Source of the DNA: Candidatus Multivoradales bacterium | GTDB lineage: Bacteria; Acidobacteriota; Thermoanaerobaculia; Multivoradales; J023 | NCBI GenBank assembly: GCA_965248925.1 | Contig: CBDFLE010000006.1 | Location: forward strand, 1,888,001 to 1,952,000 | DNA length: 64,000 nt | Reading direction: 5' to 3' | Shown here: positions 19,483 to 28,839 of the stretch, piece after piece | Position numbering within the stretch: position 1 is the stretch's first letter | Layout: each line of letters begins with the position of its first letter | The notes under the pieces: generated by a model | The model's database searches: none | Told to the model about the DNA's origin: nothing | Seen by the model: only the letters and a program-made list of their open reading frames with translations | Translations under genes and position numbers: made by a program

Positions 19483-22113
19483 GCTGCTTCCTGCTGCCAG
19501 CCAGCGGCGATAGGGAGCGGCGGCCAACGGTTCGCCGCTCCCCTCGTAGAGTTCCGCCAGGCCTTCGGCCAGCAGCCGCTGAGCTGGCGAGATCTGCCGT
19601 GTCGACGGCTCCGAATCCACCTCCAGATCGGCAGCGATTTCCCGCAAACCCCCGCGCAGCAGAGCCGCTGCCGGCTCGGACTTGCCCGAACCGATCAGAC
19701 AATGGGCTAGCGCTCCCAGCGCCTCAGCGATGGCCAGTGGGCCAGCACCCGCGGCACGGCGTAAATTGACTGCTTCGCGCAGCAGACCCTCGCCGCCTTC
19801 GAACTCCTGGCGACCGGCCTCGAAACGACCAAAATCGAGCAAAAATCGGCCGGCCCAGAATTCTGGTAGCCGGTTTTGGCGATGCCAGGCGAGCACCCGC
19901 TCATAGAGGACCGAGGCGGCCCGGTCTTGATGCAGTGCCGCCAAGGCGTTGGCCAGGCTGTGACTGGTGCCGATGGTGTCTCGATGCTCAGCCCCCAAGA
20001 CCTTCCGCTAGATTCCCAAGGCCCGCTCCAGGATCTCGGAGGCTTCGTCGTAACGACCACTGTCGACCAACAACGAACCGAGGTTGTGCCAGGCGGCAGC
20101 AATGTCCGGGTGAAACTCGGAGAGCGTCTCTTGCTTCAGCGTCAGCAGTTCGCGATACAACTTCTCGGCTTCGCCGAGGCGCCCCTGGTCGTGGACGATC
20201 ACCGCCAGATTGTTGAGCGTCGTCACCGTATCGATGTCCTCGTCGCCGAGTTGTGAACGCTGGATGGCCAACGCTTCGCGGGTCTGGGACTCCGCCAGAT
20301 CAAGGTCGCTTGAGCGGACGATGGCCGCCAAACTGCAAAGGTTGCGGGCGGTTTTCGGGTGATTTGGACCCAGTACTCGGCGACGGATGTCCAAGGATCG
20401 TTGCAGTAGGCGCCGAGCCTCCTCCTCATGACCGAACTCGTGGTGCAAGGCGCCATAGGCATTCAAGGCATCAGCGGTTTGGCGAGATCGCTCGCCATAG
20501 AGCTCTCGCGCCATCTCGAGAGCTCTTTCAGCTAGTGGCATGGCTGCTTCATAGGCTCCCATGCCACGGTAGATCCCCTGCAACGTCGACAATAGCTGGA
20601 GTTGCACTCTAGGCTTTCCTCCGAGCTCCAGATCGAGTCGGGCGACACCGCGCTCGAGCATCTCAACCGGCCCCAAAGGCTCGCCGCCGACCTCGTGCGG
20701 ATCGGCCGATTCAAACACCGATTGCAGGTAGGCCACCGCCGCCTGCGCCTGGTCGCGTTCTCTGGCCAAGCGCACAGTGAAAAAAGTCAACTGACCCGCC
20801 AGCAACAGACTCAGCACACCAGCCACCACCAGCCCGGTGCGATGGCGACGGAGGTACTTCTGCAACCTGTACGCCATCGTCGCCCGCCGTGCCCGCACCG
20901 GCAACCCTTGGCAGTGACGGCGGATGTCGGCGGAGAGTTGCTCGACGGAGCCGTAGCGCCGCTCCGGCTCCTTGCGCATCGCTTCGAGCACGATGTTGTC
21001 CAGGTCACCAGTTAGACGGCGTCGCAAAAGCCGCGGTTCGAGCGGCGGCCGAGCCATTCGCGAGGAATCGAAGTCGCTGCTGGCGCGAGCGATCTCGGTA
21101 CTCTCTTCAGGCAGGCCGATGACCGTGCTGGGACGTTCAGGCTCGGTCTCGCAGATCGCCCGCTCGAGCTCTCGCGGATGGTCGCTATTCAGCCGGTAAG
21201 GCAGCTGCCCGGTGAGCATCAGGAAGAGCAGCACTCCCAAGGAGTACACATCGCTAGTAGTGGTCAGGGGTAGGCCCAAGACTTGCTCCGGGCTGGCATA
21301 GCGCGGGCTCAGCAGCCGCATCCCTGGAGCGGTGCGAATCAGGCTCTCGACACCGGGCTCGGGACGCACCTCCTTGGCGATACCAAAGTCGAGCAGCTTG
21401 GGAACCCCCTCCCGGGTGACCAGGATGTTCGACGGCTTCAGATCACGATGTATGATCAGATTCTGGTGGGCGTAGTGCACCGCCGAGCAAACCAGCCGAA
21501 AGAGATCCAAACGGGCGACCACGCTCAGCCCATGGCGATCACAGAAGCGGTCAATCGGCAGACCGTCGATATACTCCATGACAAAGAAGGGCAGACCTTC
21601 CGCGGTGGTGCCGCCATCGAGCAAGCGAGAAATATTGGGATGGTCCAAGGAGGCCAAGATCTGCCGTTCCTGGCGCAGGCGGTTGAGGATGTCCTCGGTG
21701 TCCATGCCGCGACGAACCACCTTGATCGCCACCTGCATGCGAAACTGATCGTCATCGCGCTCACCCAGATAGACGGTCGACAGCCCACCACGGCCCAGTT
21801 CACGCAACACCCGGTAGGAGCCGATCTTCTTCGGCACCTCGGAGCCAAGTTCATCCGCGGCCAGTGCCAAGGTGTGGCGAATAACGTCTTCAAACCGCCC
21901 CTCGGCCTTGTCGCTCGCCTCGAGCAAGCCTTTGGTGCGGCGGTGCAGATCCACATCGTCACCACATTGCTGGGCGAGAAACCGTGGCCGTTCAGCGGCC
22001 GGCAGCTCGATGGCGGCATAGAAGAGGTCTTGCATCTGCTGCCAACGTTCTGGTGCCAGATGTGTTCTCGGCCTCTCGCCTCCCGGCTCTTTCGACTCTC
22101 CGTCCCTGCTCAC
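19465..22113 (-). CDS. Ser/Thr kinase-TM-TPR protein, paralog 2, interrupted by one in-frame TAG at 20008-20010
   Basis: LGRGGLSTVY, VAIK, HRDLKPSN, DFG, YASPEQ, TM, TPRs; ORFs 20008-22113 and 19465-19998 are in the same frame (LGI*RKVLGAEH). Confidence 0.88.
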
Positions 22114-22270
22114 GGTCTGACCTCCAGACTCTGCTGTGACGATCCCTGACGGCGGGTTTACCGTCCGGCAATCTTCTCATCCGTTGCCCCACAAACCACC
22201 ACTCCGCACAAAGCAAAGGGAAAAATGCGGCAGTTGAACACCAGTTCGCTACTCGCCAAAAATCGACTGG

Positions 22271-22305
22271 TGTTGCCGCACCGATCCTTACGCCTACCTT
22301 AGTAG
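22271..22305 (+). promoter_or_regulatory. Candidate ECF-type promoter, copy 2
   Basis: TGTTG-N15-CGCCTA-N3-TAGTAG upstream of paralog B. Confidence 0.55.
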
Positions 22306-22366
22306 TGCAATAAATCAGAAGCCGAGCTGAGGGCAGGCTAGACCTTGATCACAAAGGAGAGAACGC

Positions 22367-23776
22367 ATGCAAGACCAGAAACTGCAATATCGAGGACCCC
22401 ATACCATCCTCCACTCCACCCCCTTACTGCTCTGCGGGCTGATCCTTGGCCTCCAGGTCGCCTGGCCGGCGGCAGCACTGCTACCACCCTCGGCGGCGGT
22501 CGAGATCGTCCGCGCCGTCGAGGCGCAAGCGGGCAGCAAGGACCTCCTCGCCGATCTGCTGTGGCGCCAGGACCCCGGAGTGCCTCTCTATCTGACAGCC
22601 AGAGAACTCGACGGCACGCCGATCAGCTCGACCCTCGTCGAGCCGACGAATAAGACCAGAGGCAAGGCTAAGCCTGGGAGTTCCGGCACCGTACCGGCGG
22701 GGACGCCGATCACCGAGACTCTGACAGCAGTGATTGGCGACATCGCCACCACCGGCATCCACATCCGCCTGACGGTGGAGACCGCGACGGGCGAGGTCTT
22801 CAGCAACCGCTACTCCTTCGTCATCGAGTGGGTGCCCACCTCCCAGGGTTGCGAAGGCCAGGTTTTCGGCCGTGCCGAGACGACAGCCGTTTGGATGGGC
22901 TACGAGCTCGACCTCCTTCTCGACGGAGCGACCTACAGCCACTTGGGAACCTACCTAGCGACTCTGCTGCTAGATGACAACCTAAATCCGGTGATCCGAT
23001 GCCAGACCATCTCCTTGCAGACCGAACTCGCCCGCCTCGATGACGACAGCGAAACGACTAGCTGCGAGCATTTCTGGCAAGTCGTGGTTCTCGGCCAGCG
23101 AGCTGTCAATGAGTTCTACAACGGCCCCTTTCCAGACGGGCGGCCCCGATACGAGGAGGCGCCGGTTGGCTTTGTAGAGCTACTTGTCACGGAGAAAAAC
23201 GCTGATCACTGCATCGACACGCTGGCGGTCGGCGATGGCGCCCAGGGTGGTGTCAAGTTCAAGGTGGCTCGGGTGACCGACGAGGCCCTCACCACCGAGT
23301 TCTCGGTGCGACGCTGGTTCGGCCCTGCGGCTTCCTGCAGCTGTGCAGGCGACATCGCGCAGTCAGCCCAGCTGACTGGCCTCATCTCGGCGCAAGCCAC
23401 CAACATCGGCCTTGGCTCGGCAGGCGCTTGGGCAGGGGAAGATCTCTACTTCACCCTCGATGACCAGCTGATGCTCTTCGCACGGCGGACGGCGCTAGTG
23501 CAACCCGGCCCCTTGGCGGAAGCTGCCGACTTTGTCGACTTCACCCGCGAGGTGGTCACCGAGAACGCAGCCGCGCCCCAGACCGGTTCGCTCCGCGCTG
23601 TCGGCGGGGTGGTGACCGAGGCCACTGGCGACTCCTTCGCTCGCGCTGACTACCGCAGCACCTACGTCTGGCAGCAGGACGCCACTTCGAACTGCACCGT
23701 GCTCGACAACGTCTCATTGATCCTATCGCCGGGTGTGGACATCGCAACCCGAATCAAGCTTGAGCCCTACCCCTGA
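22367..23776 (+). CDS. Secreted hypothetical protein, paralog B (469 aa, ends TRIKLEPYP)
   Basis: AAGGAG RBS, hydrophobic signal segment, shares motifs with paralog A. Confidence 0.8.
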   Translation: MQDQKLQYRGPHTILHSTPLLLCGLILGLQVAWPAAALLPPSAAVEIVRAVEAQAGSKDLLADLLWRQDPGVPLYLTARELDGTPISSTLVEPTNKTRGKAKPGSSGTVPAGTPITETLTAVIGDIATTGIHIRLTVETATGEVFSNRYSFVIEWVPTSQGCEGQVFGRAETTAVWMGYELDLLLDGATYSHLGTYLATLLLDDNLNPVIRCQTISLQTELARLDDDSETTSCEHFWQVVVLGQRAVNEFYNGPFPDGRPRYEEAPVGFVELLVTEKNADHCIDTLAVGDGAQGGVKFKVARVTDEALTTEFSVRRWFGPAASCSCAGDIAQSAQLTGLISAQATNIGLGSAGAWAGEDLYFTLDDQLMLFARRTALVQPGPLAEAADFVDFTREVVTENAAAPQTGSLRAVGGVVTEATGDSFARADYRSTYVWQQDATSNCTVLDNVSLILSPGVDIATRIKLEPYP

Positions 23777-23785
23777 TCAACCGAC

Positions 23786-26317
23786 TCAGTGCGAGTCGTC
23801 GCAGGGCGCAGCCAGCGCCGCGGCAACTCGCTGGGTCCTTGGAGCAGTGCTACCGAGGTGGTGCCGTAGCACTGGCAAGCTGGCTTCGAGAGAGCGGCGG
23901 GCTTCCTCAGCGTCGCCTTGCCAACAGCGAGCTTGACCCAAGGCCGCATCGGCAAGCGCCTGCTCGAGGGAGCCTTCCATGCCCGCCGCGGCGAGCAGTG
24001 CCACCGCTTCCTCGAGCAGCTCGACCGCCTCCTTGAGAGTGCCCTTGGCGGTGAGGAAACCGCCAAAGTCGGTCAACAATCCAGCCGTCCAGGAGGCTGG
24101 TGGCCGGTGGGCTCGATGCCAGCCGAGAACGAGGCGATATAGCTCCTCGGCCCGCTGCTGTTGTCCCAACGCCTGGCACACCTTGGCCAAGGTGTGGCTG
24201 GTGCCGATGGTCTTCTGGTGCTGGCGCCCATAGAGACGGCTCTTGAGTTCCAACGCGGCCAGCAGATGGGTGCGCGCTTCCTCGTGCTTACCCCGCTCCG
24301 CCAACAGCCGGCCGAGGTTTTGATAGGCCACCGCCACGTCCGGATGATCCTGGTCAAAGACTTCGACTTTGACCCGCAGACCCTTGCGCAGCAGCTTTTC
24401 CGCTTGGTCGAGCTTGCCTTGCTCTTGCAGGATGATGCCGAGGTTGTTCTCAGAAGTGACGGTGTCGGGATGAGTCGGACCGAGCAATTCGGTCTGTCTC
24501 AAAAAAGCATCTCGCACTAACCTTTCGGCCTCCCCAAGCTCACCCACGGAAAACAAGATGGCCCCCAGATTCGACAGTGCCAAGACGAAGCTCCGCGGCG
24601 CCGCCGCCGCATGACGCTGCAAAATCGGCAACGCTTCTTCGAAAATGTCTCGGGCCGCCTCGCTATCTCCCTGGCGCGCTAAGACCAGAGCAACCTGAAC
24701 CCGAGCGTTGGCCACCTCGAGACTATTCTCTGCGAAACGCTTCCGCTGTAGGCTCAAGGCCGCTCGCCAGACCCTCTCGGCTTCTTCCAGAGCGACAATA
24801 TTGAAATAGATGTCGCCGCTGACCGTGAGCAGCTGCACCTGTATGTCGGGCTGATCGGCGAGTTCGTCAATACCCTCGATGCCACGGTCGAGAATCTGGC
24901 GAGCGCTCAGCTGCTCGCCACGGGCTTGCTCCGGGTCGGCATGCTTGAAAATGCCCACCAGGAAATCGACCACCGCCGTTTTCTGTCGCGCTACTTTTTG
25001 CGCCTGGTCGCGCTCGGCGGCCAGGCGGGCGGTGAAAAACACCACCAAGCTGGTGACCACCGCCACCAGGGTGGCCACTGCCGTTACCCCCGCGCTATGC
25101 CGGCGAGTGAATTTTTGCAGCCGATACCCGACGGTGTCAGGACGTGCCAAGACCGGCAAACCCGAGAGATGGCGGCGCAGGTCTTCGGCGAGCTGCTCCA
25201 CCGAACCGTAGCGACGGTCGGTCTCCTTGCGCAGGGAAGTCAGGATTATGTTGTCGAGATCGCCACTCAGCTGGCGGCGGAGTTTGGCCGGCGACGACGC
25301 GGCAGTGGGAATTGCCGGCTGCGGCCCCTCCGCCTCGCCAGGACTCTCCCCCGTGGTCCCGTCGACCGTCGCGCTGGGACGCCGCGGCTCTACCTCGCAG
25401 ATCAGACGTTCCAATTGACTTGGGTCACGGGTGGTCAAGTCATAGGGCAAGCGGCCGGTGAGCAGTTGGTAAAGCAGCACGCCGAGGGAGTAAACATCGG
25501 TTGCGGTAGTCAGAGGCAAGCCGCGAATTTGCTCCGGGCTGGCGTAGCGCGGAGTCAGCATCCGCAAGCCTGGCGCGGTGGGGTCCAGGGGCTCATTACT
25601 GGCCTCGGCCCGTAGAACCTTGGCGATGCCGAAATCGAGCAGCTTGGGGGTGCCGTTGGCGGTTACCAAGATGTTCGACGGCTTGAGATCACGATGAATG
25701 ACCAAGCTGCGATGGGCAAAGTCCACCGCCGAACACACCTGCGCGAAGAGTTCCAGACGGCGGCGCACGGGCAGTCTTCGGCGATCGCAGAAACTATCGA
25801 TCGGCTCGCCCTCGATGTACTCCATAACGAAATAGGGCAAGCCCTCCTCGGTGGTACCACCATCGAACAAGCGGGCGATATTGGGGTGGTCGAGGCTGGC
25901 CAGAATCTGACGCTCCTGACGCAGGCGGCGCAGGATGTCGTCGGTGTCCATCCCTTGGCGCACCACCTTGATTGCCACTCGCATGTGGAAGTGCTGATCG
26001 GCCCGTTCAGCCAGGTAGACCGTCGACAAGCCACCGTGCCCAAGCTCGCTCAGCACCCGGTAGGGGCCGATTTCCTTCAGTCCTTGGCTGCCAACTTCAT
26101 CGGCGGCCAATGCTAAAGTGTGGCGAATGACGCTCTCGAAACGACCTTCGGCTTTGTCGTTCGCCCGCAGTAGGTCAAGGGCCCTCTGCCGCAAGTCCGC
26201 ATCGCCGCTACATTGCTGATCGATAAAAGCCGGTCGCGCCGACGCTTCGAGTTCCAAAGCAGCGTAAAACAGCTCTTGCAGTCTCTGCCAACGCTCGGCA
26301 TCGAGATCGCCAGCCAC
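23786..26317 (-). CDS. Ser/Thr kinase-TM-TPR protein, paralog 1 (intact)
   Basis: LGHGGLSTVY, HRDLKPSN, DFG, YASPEQ, TM segment, TPR repeats; starts 3 bp after the ECF stop. Confidence 0.93.
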   Translation of the reverse strand: MAGDLDAERWQRLQELFYAALELEASARPAFIDQQCSGDADLRQRALDLLRANDKAEGRFESVIRHTLALAADEVGSQGLKEIGPYRVLSELGHGGLSTVYLAERADQHFHMRVAIKVVRQGMDTDDILRRLRQERQILASLDHPNIARLFDGGTTEEGLPYFVMEYIEGEPIDSFCDRRRLPVRRRLELFAQVCSAVDFAHRSLVIHRDLKPSNILVTANGTPKLLDFGIAKVLRAEASNEPLDPTAPGLRMLTPRYASPEQIRGLPLTTATDVYSLGVLLYQLLTGRLPYDLTTRDPSQLERLICEVEPRRPSATVDGTTGESPGEAEGPQPAIPTAASSPAKLRRQLSGDLDNIILTSLRKETDRRYGSVEQLAEDLRRHLSGLPVLARPDTVGYRLQKFTRRHSAGVTAVATLVAVVTSLVVFFTARLAAERDQAQKVARQKTAVVDFLVGIFKHADPEQARGEQLSARQILDRGIEGIDELADQPDIQVQLLTVSGDIYFNIVALEEAERVWRAALSLQRKRFAENSLEVANARVQVALVLARQGDSEAARDIFEEALPILQRHAAAAPRSFVLALSNLGAILFSVGELGEAERLVRDAFLRQTELLGPTHPDTVTSENNLGIILQEQGKLDQAEKLLRKGLRVKVEVFDQDHPDVAVAYQNLGRLLAERGKHEEARTHLLAALELKSRLYGRQHQKTIGTSHTLAKVCQALGQQQRAEELYRLVLGWHRAHRPPASWTAGLLTDFGGFLTAKGTLKEAVELLEEAVALLAAAGMEGSLEQALADAALGQARCWQGDAEEARRSLEASLPVLRHHLGSTAPRTQRVAAALAAPCDDSH

Positions 26318-26320
26318 TGC

Positions 26321-26902
26321 TCAGGGGCTCGCCGCCATCGATTCGTTGTCGATCTCCTGATAGAGCCAGGCCTTGGCCATCTTCAGCTCGCGATCAACAG
26401 TGGACCGTGACAGCTCAAGCACCGCGGCGGTCTCCTGGATGGTCAAGCCGCCGAAGTAGCGCAGCTCGACGATCTTGCTCTTACGCTGATCGAACGAATC
26501 CAAGTCTTTGAGCGCGTCGTCCAACGCCACCAGATACCAGGCCGGCTGGGCCGCTATATGCGCATCGTCGAGTGGCAGGTCGGTGATCCCGCCACCCCGC
26601 TTGGCGGCCTTTCGACGGCGCGCGAAGTCGGTCAAGATACGCCGCATCATGCTCGCCGCGACAGCGAAGAAATGATTGCGATCTTGCCAGCCTAGTTTGA
26701 GATCGATCAGCCGTATATAGGCTTCGTGGATCAGAGCAGTGGTTTGCAGCGTGTGCAGCGGCCGCTCACCCTTCATGTAGTGGTGGGCCAGTCGGCGCAG
26801 CTCTTGGTAGACGATCGGCGTCAGTTGGTCGAGAGCTTGCCGATCGCCCGCCCGCCACTCGATCAACAGCTGGGTGATTCCTTGTAACCCCCGCTCCGTC
26901 AT
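26321..26902 (-). CDS. ECF sigma factor of the kinase-associated type (TIGR02999/ECF43-like)
   Basis: ITQLL..W..GD..ALDQL.PIVYQELRRLA, HTLQTTALIHEAY, MRRILTD.ARRR.AAKRGG, LRYFGGLT. Confidence 0.92.
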   Translation of the reverse strand: MTERGLQGITQLLIEWRAGDRQALDQLTPIVYQELRRLAHHYMKGERPLHTLQTTALIHEAYIRLIDLKLGWQDRNHFFAVAASMMRRILTDFARRRKAAKRGGGITDLPLDDAHIAAQPAWYLVALDDALKDLDSFDQRKSKIVELRYFGGLTIQETAAVLELSRSTVDRELKMAKAWLYQEIDNESMAASP

Positions 26903-28224
26903 CGCCAGTTCCCTCGCCCTGGCCTGATTCGCAGCCAGGTCACTCTATCGCCCCAGTGATCGATGAAGGCCACCCAGGCGACCCACACAGTCGGTACCAG
27001 ATGGAAGTAGAGTCGCGCCGCGCTGGTGCGGATCCACTGCCGCGGATCGTGCGAGCCGGCCATGTAGACGAAGACGTAGAAACCAAGCTGAAAGGCAACC
27101 AGCGCCACCATCGGCCGTAAACGCCGATCGACCGCCAACAGAGGCAAGGTGAGCAAGACCAGACTCAAATAGTGCCAGTTGAGAGTCAGCAGACTGTGTC
27201 CAAGCTCCGCCAGCACGACCGCGGCCTTACTCCAGGCGAAACCACCGACATTGGCGCGCTGAAACAAATCGTGACGCAGCACCTGCAACACCCACGGCAC
27301 GACCATCAGCGCCGCCGGCCACCCCAAAACCCCCAGGGTCGATAGCGGATGGCGGCCACGCTGACGATAGTGGCGCAATGCTTGGATGGCGATCATCGCC
27401 GCCGCTAACGCCACACCTTCGATCTTGCTCGCTGCCGCGAACGCAGCGGCTACCGCCAAGAGCCGGTCCGCCGAGCCACTGAGCGGACGGCTGAGCACGG
27501 CTGCCGCCAGCAATACCGCCAGCGTCAGCAGCCAGTCAGCGCCACCCGCCGAAAGGTAGCCGATACCGAACATGGCGCCCTGCAATGCAACCACCGCCAC
27601 CGCGACATTGCGCGCCCATCGGCCGAGTTTGAGCGAGCGGCTCAACGCCCGCGCCGCCACCACCGCCAAGGCAAAGAATAGGGTGGAGAAAGCCAGTGCC
27701 GGCGCCACTTCGAAACTGCCAACCACGACCGCCGGCAAAGCCATTAAGACAGGCAGAAAATTCGGATAATCAGCATGAACATGCCCGTTCCAAGGCAGCT
27801 GCAAAAACTCTAGATCCACCCCGCCAGCAAGCTGATATTTCTGCGCTTTGATGCCCCAGTGATAGATAAAATCAGGGTTGGTGTTCCACAAAAGATGGGT
27901 GGCACCGGCAAAAGCCAGGCCCGCCGCCAAGGCGAGCCCATCACCCCATTCCAGTCCCCTCGGCAGGGTCAGACGGCGTGGTATTTCGCTGACCAGGATG
28001 GCCAACCCGACCGCTATTGGCAGAGCCCAACTGAGCCGCGTCCACGGCAGTCGAAGAATCCCCAAGCCGGTCGACCACAGAAAGAGCCCCAGCAAGCCGG
28101 CCAACACACACTCCGCCAAGGCCAGGTCACCCACCAACGCTCGCCGCACTCCACCGAGCCGCCGCCAACCGATTCCCAAGCCCGTAGCCGCCAGCACGAC
28201 CAGCGCAAAAGCGAGGTAACCCAC
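26899..28224 (-). CDS. Polytopic membrane protein (possible GT-C-fold glycosyltransferase-like)
   Basis: About 11-13 hydrophobic segments, D..YHWGIKA, HADYP, KIEG; stop overlaps the ECF start (ATGA). Confidence 0.6.
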   Translation of the reverse strand: MGYLAFALVVLAATGLGIGWRRLGGVRRALVGDLALAECVLAGLLGLFLWSTGLGILRLPWTRLSWALPIAVGLAILVSEIPRRLTLPRGLEWGDGLALAAGLAFAGATHLLWNTNPDFIYHWGIKAQKYQLAGGVDLEFLQLPWNGHVHADYPNFLPVLMALPAVVVGSFEVAPALAFSTLFFALAVVAARALSRSLKLGRWARNVAVAVVALQGAMFGIGYLSAGGADWLLTLAVLLAAAVLSRPLSGSADRLLAVAAAFAAASKIEGVALAAAMIAIQALRHYRQRGRHPLSTLGVLGWPAALMVVPWVLQVLRHDLFQRANVGGFAWSKAAVVLAELGHSLLTLNWHYLSLVLLTLPLLAVDRRLRPMVALVAFQLGFYVFVYMAGSHDPRQWIRTSAARLYFHLVPTVWVAWVAFIDHWGDRVTWLRIRPGRGNWR

Positions 28225-28227
28225 GGC

Positions 28228-28665
28228 TCAGTCCTCTAGCGGCCGGATGCGGTAGAGGGTGCCTTCGAAAGACTCGTAGAGCACTTCCAGGGTGGGATTG
28301 GACAACCGAGTGCCATAGGCGATCCAGAAATCCGCCTGCACTCCATAAGCCGAGGTCGACGCCGTGCGCACCTGCTGCTTGGGCAGCAGGAAAGCACACC
28401 AGAGATAGCGGAAGAAACGCTCGCGATCGGGACCCGGGTCCGACGAAAAAGCCACCACGCTACCCGCTGGCAAGCGCGCTTCGAGCCGTCGCAGGAAACC
28501 CCCGAGGCGCTCGACATGAGCACTGCCCAAACGCCAGGTCGAGGGGGCCTCCGCGGTCCAGGGATCCGCCGTCGCCAGCCACCAGCTCGAGTACAGCTCG
28601 CGGGAGGCTCCCCAAGCGCACCACAGCAGCAGAGCTGCCAGCAGCAGATCAGCCCGGCGCTTCAC
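28228..28665 (-). CDS. Membrane-anchored hypothetical protein
   Basis: AGGAG RBS, N-terminal hydrophobic segment, 3 bp from the next gene. Confidence 0.6.
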   Translation of the reverse strand: MKRRADLLLAALLLWCAWGASRELYSSWWLATADPWTAEAPSTWRLGSAHVERLGGFLRRLEARLPAGSVVAFSSDPGPDRERFFRYLWCAFLLPKQQVRTASTSAYGVQADFWIAYGTRLSNPTLEVLYESFEGTLYRIRPLED

Positions 28666-28839
28666 CAGTCACTCCTGACCCGTGGCCCGCGGCCAGCCAG
28701 AGTGGAGGCTCTAGCGGCCCGCTGCAAATCACAAATTGGAATCATCGCCGTGAGCTTACCTCACGGCCGGCCGGCAAGGCACTGAGCCAGCCCCCAACGC
28801 CCAGCGCACGTGGGCTGCGATAGAGTGTGCCGACCACCG

